Below, one piece after another: positions 29,946-40,204 of a DNA stretch of 64,000 nucleotides. The stretch is from assembly GCA_964593235.1 (NCBI GenBank), contig CAZQGS010000045.1, forward strand, positions 2,121-66,120, written 5' to 3'. Numbering within the stretch: position 1 is the stretch's first letter; every line of letters starts with the position of its first letter. This DNA is from an uncultured Gemmatimonadota bacterium. GTDB lineage: Bacteria > JAAXHH01. The notes under the pieces are model-generated. The model was not told the origin of the DNA. It made no database searches and was given only the letters and a program-made list of their open reading frames with translations. The position numbers and the translations under genes were made by a program.

Positions 29946-31082
29946 ATGGAGGCGTGGCTGGCCCTGGAAGACGGTACAGTCTACCGAGGTACGGCCTTTG
30001 GCGCAACTGGCCAAAAGGTTGGGGAAGTCGTTTTTAACACCAGCATGATTGGATACCAAGAGGTATTAACGGACCCGTCATATAAAGGTCAGATTGTGTC
30101 AATGACCTACCCATTAATTGGGAACTACGGAGTAAACTCCGATGATTTTGAATCTACTCAGACTCACGTCGAGGGTTTCGTAGTCCGAGAACACCAACCG
30201 TATCCGAATAATTGGCGATCGACTGGTAATCTTGAGCAGTTTCTGAAAAAAAATGGAGTAATAGGAATAACTGGCATTGATACTAGAGCCTTAACCCGAC
30301 GCCTGAGGGCCCGGGGGGTAATGCGAGGGGTTATCCAAACCGGAAATTCAAACGCGATCTCCCTTGTAACTCAAGCGAAAGAAGCTTCTGGGCTTGTTGG
30401 GATTGATCTAGTTAAAGAAGTAACAACTAAACATCCCTATCGTTGGGAAGCCGATAGTAAGATTCCTGTTGACATTCCTAATAACGATCCGGAAAAGGTA
30501 TGGAGTGTTTTCGAATCAGCTGGGATTTATCGGGTGGTTGTTATGGATTATGGGGTGAAGCATAATATACTCCGAAGCCTAGTTCACCGGGGCTGTAACG
30601 TAATTGTTTTGCCTGCCCACTCTACAGCAGATCAAGTCTTACAGTTAAATCCCGATGGCATAATGTTATCGAATGGACCGGGAGATCCAGAAGCAGTACA
30701 ATACGCTATCAAAGAGTTAAAAGTTCTGATTGAAAAGAAACCGATATTTGGGATTTGTATTGGGCACCAATTACTCGGAATGGCTTTAGGAGCAAAAAGT
30801 TTTAAGTTAAAATTTGGACATCGTGGCGCTAATCAGCCGGTACAACAGTGTAAATCTGGCAAGGTGGAAATTACTGCTCAGAACCATGGTTTTGCTATAG
30901 ACCCTCTAACATTAGATGAGTCACAGGTTGAATTAACACATATAAACCTGAATGACCAGACATTGGAAGGGATCAGTCACCGAAAATACCCAGTATTCTC
31001 AGTACAGTATCATCCAGAAGCATCCCCTGGTCCTCATGACGCGGATTACTTGTTTGACCGTTTTATTCAATCTATGCGTTAG
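29946..31082 (+). CDS. carA: Carbamoyl-phosphate synthase small subunit
   Basis: LALEDG, GEVVFNTSMIGYQEVLTDPSY, SNGPGDP, GICIGHQ, QNHGF, QYHPEASPGPHD. Confidence 0.97.
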   Translation: MEAWLALEDGTVYRGTAFGATGQKVGEVVFNTSMIGYQEVLTDPSYKGQIVSMTYPLIGNYGVNSDDFESTQTHVEGFVVREHQPYPNNWRSTGNLEQFLKKNGVIGITGIDTRALTRRLRARGVMRGVIQTGNSNAISLVTQAKEASGLVGIDLVKEVTTKHPYRWEADSKIPVDIPNNDPEKVWSVFESAGIYRVVVMDYGVKHNILRSLVHRGCNVIVLPAHSTADQVLQLNPDGIMLSNGPGDPEAVQYAIKELKVLIEKKPIFGICIGHQLLGMALGAKSFKLKFGHRGANQPVQQCKSGKVEITAQNHGFAIDPLTLDESQVELTHINLNDQTLEGISHRKYPVFSVQYHPEASPGPHDADYLFDRFIQSMR

Positions 31083-31131
31083 TTTTTTAAATTTTTGATC
31101 TGTCTTTAGTGTGCCTAACTAGGAGTTAGAA

Positions 31132-32922
31132 ATGCGGAATAAAATTAAACACATCCTCTTCTTAGAACCAAAGTCTTCTCACCTCCACGTTTACTCAGAT
31201 GCGTATATACCACGGATAGGTTGTGTGGTTCTTGCAACAATCATGAAGAACCTAGGGTATGGGGTTAGGGTAATGCTGGAGGAAGTCGAGGAAATTGATA
31301 CCAATGAATTTGAGGAAGCTGATTTGATCTGTATATCCACCTTGACCTCTACTGCACCAGGCTCGTACCAATATGCTGACTTTATTAGAAATGTTTATCC
31401 GGAAAAGATTATTATAATGGGTGGAACCCATCCTACATTTGTTCCGGATGAAGCCTTACAACACTGTAATTTTGTGATACGTGGAGAAGCCGAAGAAGCT
31501 CTTGTAGAACTAGTTCAATGCCTTGAAACGGGTTCCGACCATCGAAGTATTGCTAACCTTTCCTGGTTGGAAAATGGCAACTCGATTCATAACCCTGAGC
31601 GTCCTAAAACGGATGATTTAGATATCTTACCTATCCCAGATTTTAATCTAGTGCCGTCTGGGCGGTTAGATATAATGTCCATACAGACACAACGAGGTTG
31701 TCCTTGGGATTGTAGTTTTTGCACAGTGACGAAACTAAACGGCCACAAACTTCGTGGACATTCAGTTGAACGTGTACTTGACATGATCGAAACTTATCAA
31801 AAGGATGTTCCTAACTTTAGTTATCTTTTCTTCGCTGATGATATCTTTAATGTGCCTGTCGACCGAACTATGGCAATTATGCAGGGAATGATTGATAGAA
31901 AACTCACTATCCCGTGGGCAGCGCAGATGCGGCATGAAATTTCCAAACAACCTGAGTTAATGAAAAAGATGCGAGAAGCTGGATGCGATCGTGTAATGGT
32001 TGGCTTTGAATCAATCGATGAAACAGCCTTAGAGTTGTATGGAAAGAAAGAAACAGCTACCGATGTAGAGAATGCTATTGACTCAATTCACAGCCATGGC
32101 ATTGATCTGCACGCCATGTTCATTGCTGGAGCTGATTCTGACAGAGCAGAAACGATCAAACATCAATTTGATTTTGCAAAAAAGAAAGATCTTGCAACAT
32201 CACAGTGCATGATCCTTACTTATCTGCCGGGTTCTGAAGATACTATCCGTTATGATTTACAAGGTGGAGAATACTTAAGTCACGACTGGAGCCATTATGA
32301 TGGTCATCATTCTAACCATCCCCACCCTAATATGACCCGTTATGAATTAGTAAATACGGTTATGGATGGAATGAAAGGGATGTATGCCCCTCATCGTATA
32401 TTATCCAAACTTGGGAGTGCTGCATTTAACGTACTTAAATTCAATAAACGAGAAGCGACTAGGCAATTGCGTAATGGGCTACTCCGATTTAACGGCTATT
32501 CTATCCTCAAACGTTGGTTTAAAGAACATACTGAATATTTAGCAGATTTACGATCAGAAAATGTTTCATTATCTCCAGATCGTTATAAAAGAGTAGTACT
32601 GGCTGTCTCCAACGGAGAGGTCAGTCAGGTGCTCCGTACTTTTTTGAATGAAATGAATGTACGAGTGGATGAGTTCAGTGAGGACAAGCTCTCATTGCTG
32701 AGAGATTCTGACCTTGTTGTTATGGCAGGAGAGATGGTTGAAGAGATGAAATCAAGACTACAGAACCTGCCTGTGTTTCCTATTCATGATAAGAACACTC
32801 GAATGGACCGTACTTTAACCCAACTTGGAATTCTCTTTACGGAAAATGTGGATATTGTTCGGGAAGCTATCGCCGCTGTACATTTCCAGCCACCTAAAAA
32901 TGAGCTGAATTCCAAGGCTTAA
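31132..32922 (+). CDS. B12-binding domain radical SAM protein with a C-terminal extension
   Basis: B12-binding domain (MGGTHPTF..., RGEAE), RGCPWDCSFC (CxxxCxxC), FADD, VGFES. Confidence 0.88.
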   Translation: MRNKIKHILFLEPKSSHLHVYSDAYIPRIGCVVLATIMKNLGYGVRVMLEEVEEIDTNEFEEADLICISTLTSTAPGSYQYADFIRNVYPEKIIIMGGTHPTFVPDEALQHCNFVIRGEAEEALVELVQCLETGSDHRSIANLSWLENGNSIHNPERPKTDDLDILPIPDFNLVPSGRLDIMSIQTQRGCPWDCSFCTVTKLNGHKLRGHSVERVLDMIETYQKDVPNFSYLFFADDIFNVPVDRTMAIMQGMIDRKLTIPWAAQMRHEISKQPELMKKMREAGCDRVMVGFESIDETALELYGKKETATDVENAIDSIHSHGIDLHAMFIAGADSDRAETIKHQFDFAKKKDLATSQCMILTYLPGSEDTIRYDLQGGEYLSHDWSHYDGHHSNHPHPNMTRYELVNTVMDGMKGMYAPHRILSKLGSAAFNVLKFNKREATRQLRNGLLRFNGYSILKRWFKEHTEYLADLRSENVSLSPDRYKRVVLAVSNGEVSQVLRTFLNEMNVRVDEFSEDKLSLLRDSDLVVMAGEMVEEMKSRLQNLPVFPIHDKNTRMDRTLTQLGILFTENVDIVREAIAAVHFQPPKNELNSKA

Positions 32923-32962
32923 TCTAGGTTTGATGAGTGATATTCTTATCTTTATTCTATTT

Positions 32963-34393
32963 CTAAGAACTTAGATTCGTCTCACCATTGTAAGGTTTAT
33001 CCCCTAACTCTCTTTGAAGTCTTTGTAGTTCCTTTTGCATTGATTTTACTACAAGTTTATAGCTGGGGTTGGAGTAAACGTTAACCATCTCATTTGGATC
33101 CTGTTCCAAATCAAATAACTCCCATTCAGGATAGGTTCTAGAACCCACCGTGCCTTCCTGGCCAAGTGGGTCTCCATAGTAATATATTAATTTATAACGA
33201 AGTGTCCTTACACCATAATGAGCCGGAACATTATGGTGAGCCCCATGCATCCAATACCGATAGTACATTGATTGCTGCCAATCACTAGGAGTATTACCCT
33301 TCATAAGTGATCGAAATGAATTACCTTGAAAAGAACTTGGGACCTCTATTTCAGCACAATCCAAAAATGTAGCTGGAAAATCGACATTAAGGACAATATC
33401 TTGATTATCCGTACCAGGTATAATCTCCTTAGGATACCTAATAAGTAGAGGCATACGGAGAGATTCCTCATACATAAATCGCTTATCATACCAACCATGA
33501 TCTCCCAAGAAAAAACCCTGATCAGAGGTATAAACTACGAGTGTATTATCCCTAATTCCCTCTTCATCTATATAATCTAATAAACGGCCAACATTGTCAT
33601 CGATCGATGCTATACAACGAAGATAGTCTTTTATATATCTTTGGTATTTCCAACTTTTCTCAGCTGCCGGAGAAAGATTTTCTGGAATTTGTTTTTTAAG
33701 ATCCTCACTATTCAGGTCACGATCAACCCGCATCCTTGCATTTAGTGCCGCATTAGCCCGATTAGCATAATTGTCATTAAAAGTATCCGGTTCAGGAATA
33801 TTATTGGATTCATACATACTAGCATGTTTTTCATCCGGTTCCCAAGGCCTGTGGGGAGCTTTATGATGGACCATGAGGCAAAACGGGCGGTTTCTATCAC
33901 GTTTGCTAAGCCATTGAAGAGAATAATCAGTTATTAAATCTGTTACGTATCCTGAGGTTTTAGTCTTTACTCCCATTTCAATCATTTCAGGATCATGATA
34001 GAGACCCTGACCCGGTAGAATATTCCAATAATCGAATCCAGAGGGATCGTAATTTTCACCGTGCCCGAGATGCCACTTACCAATCACCGCTGTCTGGTAT
34101 TCTTTCTGTTGAAGTATCTTAGGATAATTCAACAAATTTCTATCTAAATGAGTCGATAAAGTAGTCACACCATTTATATGGTTGTATGTACCTGTAAGAA
34201 TAGAAGCGCGACTAGGTGTACAGATCGAGTTAGTACAAAAACAGTTATCAAATCGCATGCCCTCCTTAGCCACTCTATCTATATGGGGAGTGGTATTTAT
34301 TCTACTACCATATGCACTAATCGCGTGTGATGCATGATCATCCGACATAATAAACAATATATTAGGGCCTGAATGTGTCATAGTTTTTTCCAT
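32963..34393 (-). CDS. Formylglycine-dependent sulfatase (carbohydrate / GlcNAc-6-O-sulfatase-like)
   Basis: PNILFIMSDDH, CTPSRASILTG, GKWHLG, HKAPHR, SDQGFFLGDHGWYDKRFMYEES. Confidence 0.92.
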   Translation of the reverse strand: MEKTMTHSGPNILFIMSDDHASHAISAYGSRINTTPHIDRVAKEGMRFDNCFCTNSICTPSRASILTGTYNHINGVTTLSTHLDRNLLNYPKILQQKEYQTAVIGKWHLGHGENYDPSGFDYWNILPGQGLYHDPEMIEMGVKTKTSGYVTDLITDYSLQWLSKRDRNRPFCLMVHHKAPHRPWEPDEKHASMYESNNIPEPDTFNDNYANRANAALNARMRVDRDLNSEDLKKQIPENLSPAAEKSWKYQRYIKDYLRCIASIDDNVGRLLDYIDEEGIRDNTLVVYTSDQGFFLGDHGWYDKRFMYEESLRMPLLIRYPKEIIPGTDNQDIVLNVDFPATFLDCAEIEVPSSFQGNSFRSLMKGNTPSDWQQSMYYRYWMHGAHHNVPAHYGVRTLRYKLIYYYGDPLGQEGTVGSRTYPEWELFDLEQDPNEMVNVYSNPSYKLVVKSMQKELQRLQRELGDKPYNGETNLSS

Positions 34394-34402
34394 GTTTTTG
34401 AT

Positions 34403-35380
34403 CTATTTTGAGATCAATACTTTTGTTAGCGCTGACGAAGAAATATTAGCACCGCAGATAATCACAACCGTCTTACTCGCCTTAAATTCTTCTTTTTGTT
34501 TCAACAGTCCAGCTACAGAAACTGCTGCTGCACCTTCAACAATTTTATGATGTTTCTCAATCATAAATTGTATAGCTTTTTTGATCTCTTCTTCTGTCAC
34601 CAAGATATAGTCATCAACAAAGTCCTGACATATTGGAAAGGTTATTGATCCTGGTTCAACATCTCCCGCCGAGCCATCAGAAAGAGTTTCATTATGATCC
34701 ACATTCAAGATTCGCCCTGCTCTGATACACTGATACATCGCCGCAGAACCCGTTGGCTGGCATCCAATGATATTAATATCAGGAAAATGAGCTTTCATGT
34801 AAAGGCCTATACCACTAATTAGTCCTCCACCTCCCACAGTAATTAATACATTATTTATATTAGCTAACTGTCTCTTCAATTCGACTCCGATAGTACCCTG
34901 CCCAGCAATGATATCTGAATCATTGTATGGAGATATCCACGGCCGTCCTTGGACAATTGCCTCATTTTGGGCTTGTAGCTCCGTCTCTAATGCATTGCCT
35001 TGACCGAAAACAATTTCAACGGGATAACGTTGTATAGCCTCGACTTTAGAAGAATTAACTCCTTTAGGTAAGTAGATTGTTCCAGAACACTGAGCTATCA
35101 TACAACTCATAGCAACACCCTGAGCATGATTTCCGGTAGAAGATGTGATAACACCTTTGGAACGATCTTCCTTACTAAGCGAAAAAATTTTGTTTAGGGC
35201 TCCACGTATTTTAAATGAATTTGTATACTGCTCACTTTCCATTTTTAAATGAACTTCCGCCCCTGTAATCTCAGATAATGGAACCGAATGATGCAATGGA
35301 GTTTGAAGCACAAACGATCTAATTTTTTGTTCTGCTAAAACAATCTTTTCTAAAAGAGGATGTGAGTGGAACACTGTCAT
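34403..35380 (-). CDS. PLP-dependent serine/threonine dehydratase family (fold type II)
   Basis: SFKIRGA, STGNHAQG, AGQGTIG, VGGGGL, EGAAA, ICGAN; no ACT domain. Confidence 0.88.
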   Translation of the reverse strand: MTVFHSHPLLEKIVLAEQKIRSFVLQTPLHHSVPLSEITGAEVHLKMESEQYTNSFKIRGALNKIFSLSKEDRSKGVITSSTGNHAQGVAMSCMIAQCSGTIYLPKGVNSSKVEAIQRYPVEIVFGQGNALETELQAQNEAIVQGRPWISPYNDSDIIAGQGTIGVELKRQLANINNVLITVGGGGLISGIGLYMKAHFPDINIIGCQPTGSAAMYQCIRAGRILNVDHNETLSDGSAGDVEPGSITFPICQDFVDDYILVTEEEIKKAIQFMIEKHHKIVEGAAAVSVAGLLKQKEEFKASKTVVIICGANISSSALTKVLISK

Positions 35381-35628
35381 TTTCCTTTAAATTACTTGTA
35401 TTTCTATTTGATTAAATTATATCATTCTTATGGATTAAATAATTTCTATTCTTTAAGAGAACTTTTATTTTATTTGGGTTCAATAGTCCTTTATGTCAAG
35501 CTGGAAAATTATCTTCTTTACTTTAGAGGATAACGATTTCCTAGTAATATATACCCTGCTTAGCTTTTTTATTTTTAATTTTTATAGAAGCGAATCCAGT
35601 TCATCCCATCTTATAACCGGTATGTCTT

Positions 35629-36765
35629 ATGTTCTCAGAAATTATCCTTAATGAATTAGAAACACCTGCTATATGTGTTGATAAACAAAAACTACTGCGC
35701 AACATACGTTTGATGCAGGGACTAGCAGATTCTAACCAGGTAGCTCTACGCCCTCATATAAAAACTCACAAATCAGTAGAAATTGCCCAAAGACAAATCG
35801 ATATCGGAGCGATAGGAATAACTGTGGCTACAGTAGATGAGGCGTTAGTATTTCTTAAGGAGAATTTTAAATCTATTACAATTGCACGGCCTATAATTAC
35901 TCCTTCAAAATGGGATCGATTACTTGATGGAGTTACGAAAGATATAAACCCAATACGTGTTATCGTAGACTCTGAAGAAGGAATTCGAATAGCTGCTAAT
36001 AGCGCAACCCGGAAAAAGCAGAAGATAGGTATTTTTTTGAAAATTGATGTTGGGCTACACCGATGTGGTCTTCTACCAAATGATAGGCAATTACGCCCCC
36101 TAGTAGAAATGATTCATACTCATAGTTACCTGGCTTTTTGTGGAATCCTCTCACATTCTGGACATGTCTATGGATCGAATTCTTTAGAGGATGCCAGAAA
36201 CATTGCGGAAAACGAACGTCTAACTATGTTAGACGTTCGTGACTATTTGAGAAAAGGTGGGTTCCCTGTACCTGAAGTATCTGTGGGGGCTACTCCAGCT
36301 GTTCTGGCTGCTAAAAGTTTTGAGGGTATAACCGAAATAAGGCCAGGAAACTACGTTTTTCTGGATCTACTTCCAGTTCGAGTTGGAGTAGCTAGACTTT
36401 CGGACATATCATTAACGGTCTTAGCAACAGTAATCAGTAAAAATGATGACTACTTTATTACTGATGCTGGTTCAAAAACTCTTACTTCTGATACTGGTGT
36501 TCACGGTATGATCGGTAACCAGGGTTTTGGACTTGCTTATCCCATAAAACATTTCCTGGATGCTAAAAAACAGCTAATAGTGTCAAAAGTTTCTGAAGAA
36601 CATAGTATGATAGCCCGTAGTGACTATGATCTCTCTATAGGCTCAAAAATAAGAATTATTCCTGTCCATAGTTGCCCTGTAGCTAATTTAGCCCCGGAAT
36701 ATGTTATTTTAAACTCCGGAAACTTCATTTGTTGGCCTGTTGACGCCGCGGGAAAATCAAAATAA
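35629..36765 (+). CDS. PLP fold-type III enzyme, D-serine dehydratase / D-threonine aldolase (DSD1) family
   Basis: LETPA, LRPHIKTHKS, HRCG, HSGH, TEIRPGNYVFLD, DAGSK, SEEH, PVHSCPVANL. Confidence 0.85.
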   Translation: MFSEIILNELETPAICVDKQKLLRNIRLMQGLADSNQVALRPHIKTHKSVEIAQRQIDIGAIGITVATVDEALVFLKENFKSITIARPIITPSKWDRLLDGVTKDINPIRVIVDSEEGIRIAANSATRKKQKIGIFLKIDVGLHRCGLLPNDRQLRPLVEMIHTHSYLAFCGILSHSGHVYGSNSLEDARNIAENERLTMLDVRDYLRKGGFPVPEVSVGATPAVLAAKSFEGITEIRPGNYVFLDLLPVRVGVARLSDISLTVLATVISKNDDYFITDAGSKTLTSDTGVHGMIGNQGFGLAYPIKHFLDAKKQLIVSKVSEEHSMIARSDYDLSIGSKIRIIPVHSCPVANLAPEYVILNSGNFICWPVDAAGKSK

Positions 36766-36844
36766 GGAAACCCTGCCTGACAGAATTCAAATCAAAGTTT
36801 GTGAACGCAAATTATCATTGGCAGACAAGAAAAAGGAATGAAAT

Positions 36845-37939
36845 ATGGGAGTCGTAGAAGAAACTAGGTGGGGGAAGTTTGGTTCACACACTGCCTATTT
36901 ATATACTTTACATGGTGGATCTGGAGCAACTGCAAAAATACTCAACTACGGAGGAAGACTCCAATCGTTAAATATTCCAGACTCAAATGGTAAAGTTATA
37001 GATGTAGTATTAGGTTTTGACACCTTAGAAGGATACTTGACAGAAGACCCGTTTTTTGGAGCTACCATCGGAAGGTGTGCGAACAGAATAGCTAAAGGGC
37101 AGTTCGAATTAGACGGAGAATTATATCAATTGAAAACTAATGATAGCGCTGGATCTAATCATATTCATGGAGGTCCTAAAGGTTTCGATAAGAAATTTTG
37201 GGAGACCTCAAACTTTGGACAGAATTCCAACTGTGCGTATATTGAGTTAACTCATACCAGTGCAGATGGTGATGAAGGATATCCAGGAACTGTTGAAACC
37301 AAGTTAACCTTTACCTTAAATAATAACAACGAGTTACGGATAACAATGGAGGGACGATCAGATAAGGCAACTCTCCTTAATTTATCAAATCACACTTATT
37401 GGAACCTTAATGGCCATCAGGCAGGTTCAGTCATTGATCACGAACTTACTATTTTGGGTAATGGTTATACTCCTGTTGATCGATATCGTATACCAACAGG
37501 CGAAATACTTGGTGTAATAGGGACACCTTTTGATTTTACCAAACCTCGAAAAATGGGACAGAATTTGACATCAATCCCTAGTTGTGGCCCCGAGGATCCA
37601 GGAGGCTATGATCATAACTATGTCATTAATGATACTGGAGAATATATTAAACTGGCAGCCCGGGTTAGTTCCAAGAATTCTGGACTTAATATGGAAGTTA
37701 AGACCAATCAGCCTGGTGTCCAGTTTTACACCGGTAATTTCCTGACTACCAATATTTCTGGGAAAAATGGTGCCATCTACGATAAATTCCATGGGTTCTG
37801 CCTGGAAACACAGAAATTTCCTAACTCAATAAATCAATTTAACACTCCAGAATGGCCCAACGTGATCCTCCGTCCAGGCGAAATATATAACCACGAAGTA
37901 AGATACTGCTTTTCCACTGAAATGGCTGGTTGTGATTAA
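36845..37939 (+). CDS. galM: Aldose 1-epimerase (galactose mutarotase)
   Basis: GRCANRI, HIHGG, GYPG, NHTYWNL, GYDHNY, QFYTGN, FCLETQ. Confidence 0.9.
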   Translation: MGVVEETRWGKFGSHTAYLYTLHGGSGATAKILNYGGRLQSLNIPDSNGKVIDVVLGFDTLEGYLTEDPFFGATIGRCANRIAKGQFELDGELYQLKTNDSAGSNHIHGGPKGFDKKFWETSNFGQNSNCAYIELTHTSADGDEGYPGTVETKLTFTLNNNNELRITMEGRSDKATLLNLSNHTYWNLNGHQAGSVIDHELTILGNGYTPVDRYRIPTGEILGVIGTPFDFTKPRKMGQNLTSIPSCGPEDPGGYDHNYVINDTGEYIKLAARVSSKNSGLNMEVKTNQPGVQFYTGNFLTTNISGKNGAIYDKFHGFCLETQKFPNSINQFNTPEWPNVILRPGEIYNHEVRYCFSTEMAGCD

Positions 37940-37941
37940 AT

Positions 37942-38688
37942 TTAACGTGTAAATATTGTCTGCCGTAAGTGAGCTGCTTGATCAGAAATAAGAAAAGCTA
38001 AAATATCCCCAACCCCCTCTGGACTCCCAAGATTTTCTGATGCTAGCATTAATGCTTCATCAACTGACTTTCCTTCGGCCTCAGCGCCGTCAGCAATATT
38101 TTTCAGTTTCATTGGAGTTGAAATGCCGCCTGGACAGATAGCATGTACTCGTATTCCAAAGCTAGTTAGTTGGCTTTCTAAGACCATTGCCAAACCGTGA
38201 ACTCCACCTTTACTAGTTCCATAAGCTATAGAAGAACTACCACCCTTAACTCCAGCTCCGGATGATAAAAGAATAATAACTCCCTTTCCCTGTTTCTTCA
38301 TAATTGCTGAAACATATTTGGAAGCTAGAAATGAGCCTTTGAGATTTACATCCATAACCCGGTTCCAGGTAGATTCCTTAAGTTCATCTATTGGAACATA
38401 AGCACCTTCAAGAACTCCAGCGCAATTAATAAGGCCATCAATCTGTCCAAAGGTTTTAAAGGTGTTTACCATTAACTCTTCCACTTGATTAGCGTCGGAA
38501 ATATCGATTTCTAATGAAACAACTTGTCCGTTTTTAGATTGAATAGCAGCCTCGGTTTCCTTGAGTCCGATTTTATCTATATCAGCTATTACCACTTTTC
38601 CTCCTGCCTCAGCACACCGCAAAGCAGCAGCTCTGCCTATCCCCATTGCAGAACCAGTTATGATGATTGTCTTATTTTTAAGTAACAT
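37942..38688 (-). CDS. Short-chain dehydrogenase/reductase
   Basis: TGSAMGIG, NCAG, YGTSK. Confidence 0.88.
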   Translation of the reverse strand: MLLKNKTIIITGSAMGIGRAAALRCAEAGGKVVIADIDKIGLKETEAAIQSKNGQVVSLEIDISDANQVEELMVNTFKTFGQIDGLINCAGVLEGAYVPIDELKESTWNRVMDVNLKGSFLASKYVSAIMKKQGKGVIILLSSGAGVKGGSSSIAYGTSKGGVHGLAMVLESQLTSFGIRVHAICPGGISTPMKLKNIADGAEAEGKSVDEALMLASENLGSPEGVGDILAFLISDQAAHLRQTIFTR

Positions 38689-38850
38689 TTCTAGTCCCTT
38701 CCATGAATGGTCCATTTATATTGTGCCCTAGTTCCGGGTAAATATTTAAACTACATAGTTATTTTAATTCCTACTATCGATAATATCAAATACGAACAGA
38801 ATTAACTTAGGGGTATCCGTTTTACCCACTAGATAACATCTCCAAATACC

Positions 38851-38879
38851 TTGACATATTCTCTACAGATATATAAAGT
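38851..38879 (+). promoter_or_regulatory. Sigma-70 promoter candidate about 270 nt upstream of rfbB
   Basis: TTGACA-17 nt-TAAAGT. Confidence 0.55.
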
Positions 38880-38882
38880 TTT

Positions 38883-39007
38883 GGGGAGGAATTTTTTTCA
38901 TATGGGTTTGATTTTGCTGCGTAGAATAAGTACAAAACAGGGGTTTCTTTTGTAAAAGAGACTCCTGCGGAATCAACCTCTCTATAGCACCTACCATATA
39001 ATCCCCC
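38883..39007 (+). ncRNA. Candidate structured RNA or leader (long irregular hairpin)
   Basis: Nested stems GGGGA/UCCCC, AUAUGG/CCAUAU, GGUUUGAUUUUGC/GCGGAAUCAACC and CAGGGGUUUCUUU/AAAGAGACUCCUG with G-U pairs; begins right after a promoter. Confidence 0.45.
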
Positions 39008-39152
39008 AGACTGCAGTCAATATTTAATGAGCCAGATATGTATAACCTGAGGGGTCAGAACATAGCAAGAAACAGTTTATAACGTTTTAAAATATGACTA
39101 TGGTATTATAACGACTAAATGGTAAGAACACTCTCAAGGGATCAAGCTTTTA

Positions 39153-40157
39153 ATGGACGCCTTGCTCGTTACCGGCGGAGCCGGATTTATCGGTAGTAAT
39201 TTTGTTAGGTACTTATTGAACCACTATCCTTGCTCCAATATTATCGTCCTTGACGTCCTTTCTTATGCGGCAAATCTATCAAACCTTGATGGGATTATAA
39301 ACTCAGGGAGACTTCAGTTTGTTCAAGGGGATATCTGTAATAGAACACTAGTAAAAGAACTAATGAGTAAAGTAGATGCTGTCATAAATTTTGCAGCAGA
39401 ATCACATGTCGATCGTTCAATTCTTGATCCGTCCTCTTTTATAACAACAAATTACAATGGAGTATATATTCTGCTTGAAGCAGCTAAAGATCTGGGAATT
39501 AAACGCTTTCTTCAGGTTTCCACTGACGAAGTTTACGGGCATGTCCCTGATGGCCTATCTATAGAAAGTGACCCATTTATGCCCCGAAGCCCTTATGCTG
39601 CAAGTAAAGCTGCAGCTGATCTTCTGGTCCAATCATACTTCACTACTTATGAACTCCCTGTTTTAACGACGCGAGGAGGTAATACCATCGGGCCATACCA
39701 ATATCCAGAAAAGGTTTTGCCTATTTTTATTACCCAGGCTCTGGAAAACCAACCACTTCCAATCTATGGGGATGGTAGTGCGGTCCGTAGCTACGTATAT
39801 GTAGAAGATCATTGCTCAGCGATTGATCTAGTGCTCCGTTCTGGCCAGGTCGGAAATGCCTATAATGTTGGGACCAACTATGAGGTAAGTGGGACCGATT
39901 TGGCTGATGCTGTTCTTAATCTTCTTGATAGGCCGAAAAATTTACGTAAGTTTGTCCGTGACCGGAGTGGACACGATCTTCGGTATGCACTAGATTGTAG
40001 TGCAATTAAATCTTTGGGATGGCGTCCTAGATATGATTTCCAAACCATGCTTGAAATTACTACCCAGTGGTATATTGATCATAAACAATGGTGGCAAGAA
40101 ATTAAAAAAAGCTCAAATTATCAAAATTATTATGAGAATCAATACTTAAACCGTTGA
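39153..40157 (+). CDS. rfbB: dTDP-glucose 4,6-dehydratase
   Basis: VTGGAGFIGSNF, FAAESHVDRSI, STDEVYG, SPYAASK, YQYPEK, DRSGHDLRY. Confidence 0.92.
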   Translation: MDALLVTGGAGFIGSNFVRYLLNHYPCSNIIVLDVLSYAANLSNLDGIINSGRLQFVQGDICNRTLVKELMSKVDAVINFAAESHVDRSILDPSSFITTNYNGVYILLEAAKDLGIKRFLQVSTDEVYGHVPDGLSIESDPFMPRSPYAASKAAADLLVQSYFTTYELPVLTTRGGNTIGPYQYPEKVLPIFITQALENQPLPIYGDGSAVRSYVYVEDHCSAIDLVLRSGQVGNAYNVGTNYEVSGTDLADAVLNLLDRPKNLRKFVRDRSGHDLRYALDCSAIKSLGWRPRYDFQTMLEITTQWYIDHKQWWQEIKKSSNYQNYYENQYLNR

Positions 40158-40204
40158 ATTAATTCCTTAAGTTAGATTAATCTTTTGAGGAGGCTTTATA
40201 CCTG

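Noticed and set aside
39008-39152. ops/JUMPStart element upstream of rfbB
   Set aside because: No GGCGGTAG motif seen.
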